In this document: positions 1-7,102 of the stretch, piece by piece
Layout of the letters: every line of letters begins with the position of its first letter
Position numbering within the stretch: position 1 is the stretch's first letter
NCBI GenBank assembly: GCA_050012475.1
Contig: JBEKHC010000117.1
Span: forward strand, 1 to 14,121
Reading direction: 5' to 3'
DNA from: Candidatus Velthaea sp.
Lineage (GTDB): Bacteria > Vulcanimicrobiota > Vulcanimicrobiia > Vulcanimicrobiales > Vulcanimicrobiaceae
Length of the DNA: 14,121 nucleotides
Position numbers and translations under genes: made by a program
The notes under the pieces: generated by a model
What the model saw: the letters and a program-made list of their open reading frames with translations, nothing else
The model's database searches: none
Told to the model about the DNA's origin: nothing

Positions 1-353
1 ATGCCGGGCATCGAGACGCGGGCGCCCGAGCGGACCGAGATCAGCAGCGGGTTCGCTGCATCCCCAAAGCGCTTTCCGGTCAGGCCTTCCAACTTGGTCA
101 TGGCCGCCGCGATCTTCTCGCTCAGCCCTTCGGGCAATGGCGAACTCCCACCATAGTACGCCAAGCACTGCTTGGTCGTAATCGTGAAGCCGGGCGGGAC
201 GGGGAGGCCGGCGCGCGTCATCTCGGCAAGTCCAGCGCCCTTGCCGCCGAGCAAGTTTTTCATGCTCGCGTCGCCTTCATCGAAGAAATAGATCGCTTTG
301 AGGTCGGGCTCGCCGACCTCCTGATTCGGATCGGCAGTCAACACTTTGGACAA
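1..353 (-). CDS. ppdK: Pyruvate, phosphate dikinase, N-terminal part (runs off the left edge)
   Basis: Not in the ORF track; translated by hand: (M)[59 protein letters not shown]...[46 protein letters not shown] and [16 protein letters not shown] are hallmark PPDK motifs. TTG start preceded by AAGGAG at 6 nt spacing. Confidence 0.96.
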   Translation of the reverse strand, partial: MSKVLTADPNQEVGEPDLKAIYFFDEGDASMKNLLGGKGAGLAEMTRAGLPVPPGFTITTKQCLAYYGGSSPLPEGLSEKIAAAMTKLEGLTGKRFGDAANPLLISVRSGARVSMPG

Positions 354-439
354 TCTACACTCCTTAAACGTGGGCCGGCAGCCGCAAACGATGTTCGTGG
401 AATCCTGACATTTTTGCAAGGATATTTGTCGGCTGAAAT

Positions 440-465
440 GTTTCACACCGCGGACTGGCGGGTAA
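440..465 (+). promoter_or_regulatory. SigB/SigF-type promoter motif GTTT-N16-GGGTAA
   Basis: GTTT at 440-443, 16-nt spacer, GGGTAA at 460-465. Same geometry as the motifs at 1459-1484 and 13896-13921. Confidence 0.45.
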
Positions 466-521
466 CGCGATCAGTTTATGTGCCGGATGCGAGTTTCGTT
501 TGAAGATGTCGAGAAATCCGG

Positions 522-620
522 CTAAAACAAGCAGCGCCCCCGTCGGCTGCGAACGAGTGTGATGCCGAGTGCTTGCTCGGCGTACGCCAAGGAGCCCGTC
601 GGGCTTTGTCGATCCACTAC
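522..620 (-). repeat. Structured intergenic repeat, copy D
   Basis: Minus strand reads GTAG-TGGA...AGCCC-GAC-GGGCTCC-TTGGCGT-ac-GCCGAGC-AAGC-ACTCGGC...GTTTTAG. Starts at the argB TAG stop. Shares the TCC-TT(C/G)GCGT linker, CAAAGCCCGA and a GTTT(C)TAG end with copy A. Confidence 0.6.
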
Positions 621-1414
621 CGGACGATTTCGGTTCCGGCGCCGGCGAGCGCCGACGGCACCGCGCCCGAACCGGGGCCGCAGATGAATGCGTGCGCGAC
701 CCCGCCGCGCACCGCGGTCAGCGCCGCATCGATCTTGGGCAGCATGCCGTTGACGAAAACGCCGCGCGCGCGGTACGCCAACGCTTCGTCGACCGTCATC
801 CGCGAAATTCCCGACGCCGGATCGTCGCGATCGATGCGGACCTGCGTCACATCGGTGACCGCCACGTAAGCGTCCGCGGCCAGCGCCGCAGCGAGCGCTC
901 CGGCAGCGGTGTCAGCGTTGATGTTATAGCGCTGACCGCCGGCATCGGCGCCGATCGGCGAAACCACCGGAATCGCGCCTTTATCGAGAACGGCTCGCAC
1001 CGGCGCCGTCTCGATCCGCTCGATCTCGCCGACAAAACCCAAATCGCCCGCCGGGAGCTCGAGCTTGCGTGCGATGAAAACCCCTTCGTCGCCCGCCACG
1101 CGTTGCGCTCGGCCGCCCGCTGCGATGAGCGCCGCGACGATCGCGGCGTTGACGCGCCGGCCGAGAATCTCCTCGACCACTTCGAGCGTCGCGCCGTCGG
1201 TGACGCGCAGGCCGGCGATGCGCCGCGTCGTTACGTTGCGCGCGCGCAGTTCAGCGTCGACGGCAGGGCCGCCGCCGTGCACGAGCACCACCGCGGTCCC
1301 GCCGGCAGCAAGTGCGACGAGATCGGCCAACACCGGATCACCGCTCGCGCCGCCGGCGACCGAACCGCCGAATTTGATCACGAGCGACGACGGTGCGACG
1401 AACGGCGAGGCCAT
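617..1414 (-). CDS. argB: Acetylglutamate kinase
   Basis: VIKFGGS, VLVHGGGP, GLRVTD, DLGFVGEI, IPVVSPIG, YNINADTAA and GMLPKI motifs of NAGK. Start placed at ATG 1414 (in-frame GTG 1429 is an alternative); the track start at 1540 overlaps chaB. Confidence 0.95.
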   Translation of the reverse strand: MASPFVAPSSLVIKFGGSVAGGASGDPVLADLVALAAGGTAVVLVHGGGPAVDAELRARNVTTRRIAGLRVTDGATLEVVEEILGRRVNAAIVAALIAAGGRAQRVAGDEGVFIARKLELPAGDLGFVGEIERIETAPVRAVLDKGAIPVVSPIGADAGGQRYNINADTAAGALAAALAADAYVAVTDVTQVRIDRDDPASGISRMTVDEALAYRARGVFVNGMLPKIDAALTAVRGGVAHAFICGPGSGAVPSALAGAGTEIVR

Positions 1415-1458
1415 GCCGCCGATCTGCACGTCCGCGCATCGAAACTCCTGGATTCGCT

Positions 1459-1484
1459 GAATGCCGGCGACGCCGCGCGGGTAC
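1459..1484 (+). promoter_or_regulatory. SigB/SigF-type promoter motif (GAAT-N16-GGGTAC) upstream of the ChaB gene, probably leaderless
   Basis: GAAT at 1459-1462, 16-nt spacer, GGGTAC at 1479-1484; ATG follows 9 nt later with no Shine-Dalgarno. Confidence 0.45.
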
Positions 1485-1493
1485 GATCCGCGC

Positions 1494-1901
1494 ATGCCGA
1501 AAAAAGAACCCGACGCGCCGTTCGCGCCCCTGCCCTCCACCCTGCAGCGCTCGCCGCAGAAAGCCCAAGCGACCTACGAAAAAGTGCTCGAGAACGCCGA
1601 AACCGAGTACGCCGGCGACGAAGAACGCGCGCATCGTGCTGCGTGGAGCGCGGTGAAGCACAGCTTCGAGAAAGTCGGCGACCACTGGGAAGCCAAAGCC
1701 GAAAAGGGGCCTAGCGATCCGCGCAGCGTTCAGCCGCAAGCGGCGAAGATCGCCGGCGTGGGCGAAACTTTCGGCGGCGTGGACATGCTCCACCACACCA
1801 AAGCCGAACTCGCATCACGCGCCCGCGAACTCGGCCTTGAGACGACTTCGCACATGACCAAGAGCGATCTCGCCCGCGCAATCGCGAAAAAGCAGCGCTA
1901 G
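1494..1901 (+). CDS. chaB: ChaB-family protein with a C-terminal Rho_N-like helical motif
   Basis: LPSTLQRSPQKAQATY...EERAHRAAWSAVKHSFEKVGDHWEAK is a ChaB pattern; C-terminal TKAELASRARELGLETTSHMTKSDLARAI resembles the Rho N-terminal domain. Confidence 0.85.
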   Translation: MPKKEPDAPFAPLPSTLQRSPQKAQATYEKVLENAETEYAGDEERAHRAAWSAVKHSFEKVGDHWEAKAEKGPSDPRSVQPQAAKIAGVGETFGGVDMLHHTKAELASRARELGLETTSHMTKSDLARAIAKKQR

Positions 1902-2008
1902 ATGCTCTGATTAGCCCTGGACTTCGTCGCTACGCGGCTCATTTGCTGAAGCAAACTTCGCAACGCGCCAACGGGCGGCTCTGCGGGCTTCGTCACGCAA
2001 AGCCGAGG
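1898..2008 (-). repeat. Structured intergenic repeat, copy C (two hairpin+AGCCGC units)
   Basis: Minus-strand end GAGCATCTAG versus GAGCGTCTAG in copy B (9/10). GAGCCGC follows each of two hairpins (GCGGCTC on + at 1934-1940 and 1975-1981). The terminal CTAG contains the chaB stop. Confidence 0.65.
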
Positions 2009-2089
2009 TGCGTCGCGTACGGGCTTCTTAAATCGATTGGGCCTCGAACACGATAAAGCGACGCTCGTCTCGAGCAGGTAGCTACTCGC
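2009..2089 (-). pseudogene. Remnant of a PIN-domain (VapC-like) toxin N-terminus
   Basis: Overlaps the antitoxin stop and reads ASSYLLETSVALSCSRPNRFKKPVRDA, resembling the PIN start YLLDTxxxL..P..L....R.A. No start codon (GCG), Glu at the first catalytic Asp position, and similarity ends after about 27 codons. Confidence 0.55.
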
Positions 2090-2327
2090 CGTAGAAAGTT
2101 TCGAGCAACTCCGGCGCAAGTTCGTCGAAGTCGTCCGCGATCTTGATCTTTCCGGAAGCAAAAAGAGCGCGATCGAAGCCGAACTCGCGCGGTCGCTCAT
2201 CCGGTATCGGAACGATTTGCGCTACCGGTTTGCCGTTTTTGGTGACGAGGATCGTTTCGCCGTGTTGCACGGCCTCGACGAGGGCCGAAAACTGCGTCTT
2301 CGCCTCGAATACGTCGACCGATCTCAC
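2082..2327 (-). CDS. Type II toxin-antitoxin antitoxin, Phd/YefM (prevent-host-death) family
   Basis: (M)RSVDVFEAKTQFSALVEAVQHGETILVTKNGKPVAQIVP...IKIADDFDELAPELLETFYGE, 81 aa from GTG 2327. Typical Phd N-terminus and an acidic DDFD tail as in antitoxins paired with PIN toxins. Confidence 0.9.
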   Translation of the reverse strand: MRSVDVFEAKTQFSALVEAVQHGETILVTKNGKPVAQIVPIPDERPREFGFDRALFASGKIKIADDFDELAPELLETFYGE

Positions 2328-2336
2328 GTTCGCGTC

Positions 2337-2428
2337 CCAGCGGATTGCGCCACGCGCAATCCTTCGCGTTTGGGCTTCGCCCAAGCCGCCCTTCGTTGCC
2401 CGCCGGGCAAAGCCCGATAGGTTTCTAG
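2337..2428 (+). repeat. Structured intergenic repeat, copy A
   Basis: CCAG-c-GGATTGCGC-CAC-GCGCAATCC-TTCGCGT-TTGGGC-TTC-GCCCAA-GCCGC...CGGGC-AAA-GCCCG-8 nt-CTAG. Three perfect hairpins with 3-nt loops; collinear with copy B. Confidence 0.85.
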
Positions 2429-2436
2429 GCCGCTGC

Positions 2437-3138
2437 TCAAGCCGGGAAGCGCGCGGTTTCGCCGACCCGAATGCCGAGTTCGTCGAGATGCAGCAGCAGA
2501 TCGGCGGGATCGGCGTAGACGCGATACGCGCCGGCGAGCTGCAATTCTTCGTCGCCGTAGCCGCCGCTGAGCACGCCGATGCCCAACGATCCGGCGCGCT
2601 GCGCGGCCAGCAGATCCCAGATCGAGTCGCCGACGACGAACGCCTGACGCGGTTCGACTTCCAGCCGTCGCGCGGCTTCGAGAAATAAATCCGGGTTGGG
2701 TTTGGCGTGAGCGACGTCGGTGCGCGTCACGACTGGAACGCCGTCGGGCACGGCAAGAATGCGCAGCGTGCGCGCCGCCACCTCGCGCGAACCGCTCGTC
2801 GCAATCGCCCAGCGCACACCTTCGGCTGTTAGGGTTGCGAGCAGTTCACGCGCGCCGGGGAGTGGGCGTACCCCGTCGGCGAGCTGCTCGTAGGCTTCGG
2901 CGTGACCGCGCTGCAGTTTCTCGACGAACGCCGGCGTGAGATCGCGGCCCAGCTCGCGCCGCAAGGCGCGCACGAACAGTCCGCCGCTCATACCGATGCG
3001 CCGATGAATGCGCCAGACCGACAACTCCAAGCCGTTCGCACGCAGGGTGGTATCCCACGCCATCACGTGTTGGTACACGCTGTCGGCCAGCGTTCCGTCG
3101 AGATCGAAAATTAGCGCCGCGTCGTGCCGTTCGCTCAT
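2437..3138 (-). CDS. HAD-superfamily hydrolase (subfamily IA, phosphatase-like)
   Basis: Motif I IFDLDGTLADS, motif II IATSG, motif III KPNPD, motif IV VVGDSIWDLLAA. Start placed at ATG 3138 (MSERHD). Confidence 0.92.
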   Translation of the reverse strand: MSERHDAALIFDLDGTLADSVYQHVMAWDTTLRANGLELSVWRIHRRIGMSGGLFVRALRRELGRDLTPAFVEKLQRGHAEAYEQLADGVRPLPGARELLATLTAEGVRWAIATSGSREVAARTLRILAVPDGVPVVTRTDVAHAKPNPDLFLEAARRLEVEPRQAFVVGDSIWDLLAAQRAGSLGIGVLSGGYGDEELQLAGAYRVYADPADLLLHLDELGIRVGETARFPA

Positions 3139-3202
3139 CCGGCGTGCGTTTGGCGCTGCTCGCCGCGATCCTGGCAAGCGCACGAGTGAAACGGTTGGCG
3201 GT

Positions 3203-4005
3203 TCACTTCGCTGGGCCGACCTGAATTCGCATGCAGGTGTCGGCATCGGGCGGCACCCGCAAAACGAGGATGGCGATGTCGTCGCTCGCGGTGCCGCCGC
3301 AGAAAGCCAACGCGGCGTCTTCGATGCGGCGCGCGAGCGTGTCGGCATCCGCCGAACGTTCGCTCTCGGCGATCACGCGCAGCAACGCGTCGTCGCCGAA
3401 GAGCGCGGTGCCGCGCCGCGCTTCGCTCACGCCGTCGGTGTACAGCACGAGCGCTTCGCCGGGAGCCAGCGTGAACGTCGACGAGCGAATCTCGAGTTGC
3501 GCAAAGACACCGATGAGCGGACCGGCAACGGCGAGCTCGGCGGCGGAACCGTCGGCGCGGCGCAGAACCGGCGCGGGATGACCCGCGCAGGCGAGTGCCA
3601 CCCGGAAATCGGTCGCGCAACGAATCAGCGTGCCGGAAGATCGCGGTCAAGAACAAGTCGGGGCCGCCGCGGCGCGCGAGAAACGTTTCGGGCCAGCGAT
3701 GCGGCCTTGGCCGCCTCGAGCCCTTTCCCGCAGATGTCGCCGACCATGAACGCCCAGCGGTCGCCGCGGACTTTGAAGAGATCGTAGAAATCGCCGACGA
3801 GTTCGACGCCGGTTCCGGCCGGACGAAAACGAGCGGCGACGTCGAGTCCCGGAACCGCCGGCAACGCCGGCGGCAGCAGACTGGCTTGCAACGTTTGCGT
3901 GACCGCTTCGGCGTGCAGGCGCGCCCGGCGTTCGCTTTCGATCGCCGCGCGCAGCGCGATTTCGCGCGATGCCGCATCCGAGAGCGTGCGCAAAACCTCG
4001 AGGTC
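3203..4005 (-). pseudogene. Disrupted SpoIIE/RsbU-type PP2C protein phosphatase
   Basis: Frame 1: LQASLLPPALP...GDFYDLF...VGDICGKGLEAA..ASLARN. Frame 2: ETFLARRGGPDLFLTAIF. Frame 3: GTLIRCATDFRVALACAGHPAP...LVLYTDGVSEAR...DDIAILVL. Two frame changes (about 3685 and 3635) and no recognisable intact 5' end. Confidence 0.88.
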
Positions 4006-4154
4006 GAGGGTCCGGCGGAAACAGGCGAGCAAGTGCAGGGGCTTCGAACATCGATGCTGCCTAACGGGGGAGCGGTGGTCTTCAGGCGAGGTTAGCCGAG
4101 CTGCTGCCCGGCCGACCTGGGGGTTCGTACCCGCGACCAAGGCTCACCTAACTG

Positions 4155-4192
4155 GTTGCATAAGTATGCAGTATTATGTATGATTATGCATA
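4155..4192. promoter_or_regulatory. Tandem ARG boxes (ArgR operator)
   Basis: GTTGCATAAGTATGCAGT (4155-4172) and TATGTATGATTATGCATA (4175-4192) both fit TGnAT-N4-ATnCA, 2 bp apart. AT-rich island directly upstream of an arg operon that encodes ArgR. Confidence 0.93.
4156..4184 (+). promoter_or_regulatory. Sigma70-type promoter of the arg operon
   Basis: TTGCAT (4156-4161), 17-bp spacer, TATGAT (4179-4184); overlapped by the ARG boxes. Confidence 0.8.
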
Positions 4193-4194
4193 GC

Positions 4195-5166
4195 ATGATG
4201 ACGCTTCCGGCGGCGACCCGGCTTCGGGGCCGCAACCTCCTCTCGATCGCCGACCTGGCGCCGGACGAACTGCTGAGCTTGATCGGGATCGCGCAGCAGC
4301 TCAAGGCATCCGGCCGCGAGCAGATGCAATTCTTGCGCGGCAAGACGTTGGCGATGCTGTTTGAAAAGCCGTCGCTGCGGACCCGGGTTTCCTTCGAGGT
4401 CGGCATGACCCAGCTCGGCGGCCACGCCATCGCTGCGACCGGCGCCGACTTCTTGGTCGGCTCGCGCGAAACGCCGGAAGACGCTGCGCGCGTGCTGTCG
4501 CGATTCGTCGACGCCATCGTCGTGCGCACGCACGCGCATGAACCGCTCCAGCGGTTTGCCGCCTCGGCCACGGTGCCGACCATCAACGGGCTCTCGGCCG
4601 TGGCTCATCCGTGTCAAGCGCTGGCCGACATGCTCACGATCAAGGAGCGCTTCGGCACGCTGACCGGCCTGCGCATCGCTTATGTCGGCGACGGGCGCAA
4701 CAACGTCGCGCACTCCGTGGGCGAGGCCGCCGCGCTGTCCGGGATGTCGGTAACGTTTGCCTCGCCGATGACGCACCGGCCGCCGGACGCGTTTCTCGCG
4801 CGGCTCGTCGAACTCGGCAAGGCGCACAACGTGACCGCGCGCGCGTTCACCAGTCCCATCCGCGCCGTCCGCGACGTCGACGTCGTGTACACCGATGTGT
4901 GGACATCGATGGGCGATGAAGGATTGGTCGAGCGCAACGCCGCGGCGCTGGCGCCCTACCGCGTCGACGGCACGCTCATGGCGGCGGCCGCGCCGCACGC
5001 GCTCTTCATGCACTGTCTGCCCGCGCATCGCGGCGAGGAAGTCACGGCGGCGGTCATCGATGGGCCGCAGAGCGTGGTTTTCGATCAGGCCGAAAACCGG
5101 CTGCACGCCCAGAAAGCGCTCCTCCTGGCCCTGATGACCGATCTCCGCGGATTAGGTGATGAATAG
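4195..5166 (+). CDS. argF: Ornithine carbamoyltransferase
   Basis: FEKPSLRTRVSFE, HPCQALAD, YVGDGRNNVA, YTDVWTSMG and FMHCLPAHRGEEV. Start is ATG 4195 or 4198; the track start at 4156 lies inside the promoter. Confidence 0.96.
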   Translation: MMTLPAATRLRGRNLLSIADLAPDELLSLIGIAQQLKASGREQMQFLRGKTLAMLFEKPSLRTRVSFEVGMTQLGGHAIAATGADFLVGSRETPEDAARVLSRFVDAIVVRTHAHEPLQRFAASATVPTINGLSAVAHPCQALADMLTIKERFGTLTGLRIAYVGDGRNNVAHSVGEAAALSGMSVTFASPMTHRPPDAFLARLVELGKAHNVTARAFTSPIRAVRDVDVVYTDVWTSMGDEGLVERNAAALAPYRVDGTLMAAAAPHALFMHCLPAHRGEEVTAAVIDGPQSVVFDQAENRLHAQKALLLALMTDLRGLGDE

Positions 5167-5168
5167 CA

Positions 5169-5663
5169 ATGACCGTTGAAACCGCCCACCTCGCGCAGCC
5201 CAAAACCAAACGTCAGCGCGCGATCCTTTCCTTGATCGCCGCCCGCCCCGTGCGCTCGCAAGACGAGTTGGCGATGCTGCTCGAACAGCAGGGCTACGAA
5301 GTTACGCAGGCCACCATTTCGCGCGACATCAAGGAACTGGGCTTGATGAAGGTTCCGCTCAAAGGCGCAACCGGCGGACAGTTCAAGTACGTCGAGCCCA
5401 GCGTGGGACCGTCGTTCACCTCGCGCCTGCACCGCATCGTGGCGGAACTCGTCCTGTCGGTGCGCGGCAGCGTCAATCAGATCGTGTTGCGCACGCCCCC
5501 CGGCGGCGCGATGATGCTCGCCTCGGCGATCGATTCGGCGGGCTGGGGCGAGGTGATCGGCACCCTGGGCGGCGACGACACCGTGCTCGTGATCTGCGAG
5601 AAAGCCGAAGTGATGCCGATGGTCATGCAGCGCTTCGAAGACATGCGAACGCAAATCGAATAA
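5169..5663 (+). CDS. argR: Arginine repressor
   Basis: SQDEL...VTQATISRDIKELG winged-helix motif and C-terminal GTLGGDDT arginine-binding motif. Confidence 0.97.
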   Translation: MTVETAHLAQPKTKRQRAILSLIAARPVRSQDELAMLLEQQGYEVTQATISRDIKELGLMKVPLKGATGGQFKYVEPSVGPSFTSRLHRIVAELVLSVRGSVNQIVLRTPPGGAMMLASAIDSAGWGEVIGTLGGDDTVLVICEKAEVMPMVMQRFEDMRTQIE

Positions 5664-5740
5664 CCTCGGGTCCCCGACCTTTTCTTCCCTTTTCTCACCA
5701 ACCCCGGGATAAACGCGTCCCGGCGTGGAGCGCACCCAGC

Positions 5741-6967
<1,227 letters not shown>

Positions 6968-6973
<6 letters not shown>

Positions 6974-7102
6974 ATGATTCGCCTCGGATTGATTCGTCTC
7001 GGCTCTCGCTCGACGAATCCCGCTCGACGAATCCTTCGCGTTCGGCCCTGCGGGCCGAGCCGCACGTCGCCGGCCGCTGGGCGAAGCCCGGCGAGCGTCT
7101 AG
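6968..7102 (+). repeat. Structured intergenic repeat, copy B, flanked by GTCTAG direct repeats
   Basis: GTCTAG at 6968-6973 and 7097-7102. Body AATCC-TTCGCGT-TCGGCCC-TGC-GGGCCGA-GCCGC...TGGGC-GAA-GCCCG-8 nt-CTAG is collinear with copy A. Internal tandem repeat CGCTCGACGAATCC x2. Confidence 0.85.

Noticed and set aside
1898..2200. 100-aa minus-strand ORF as an intact toxin
   Set aside because: It is a chimera of an antitoxin alternative frame, the PIN-like stub and repeat C, with no full PIN motif set.
4066..4139. tRNA-like fragment (GGGTTCG...ACCA, CTTCA)
   Set aside because: No acceptor stem or proper T-stem pairing; I could not build a cloverleaf.
4195..5166. SLRT instead of STRT, hinting at an N-acetyl- or N-succinyl-ornithine transcarbamylase
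   Set aside because: DVWTSMG and HCLPAHRGEEV are canonical OTCase motifs, and argJ supplies free ornithine.
6975..7034. Short direct repeats as a mini CRISPR array
   Set aside because: Repeats are 13-14 bp, adjacent, with no spacers of CRISPR length and no cas genes in the window.
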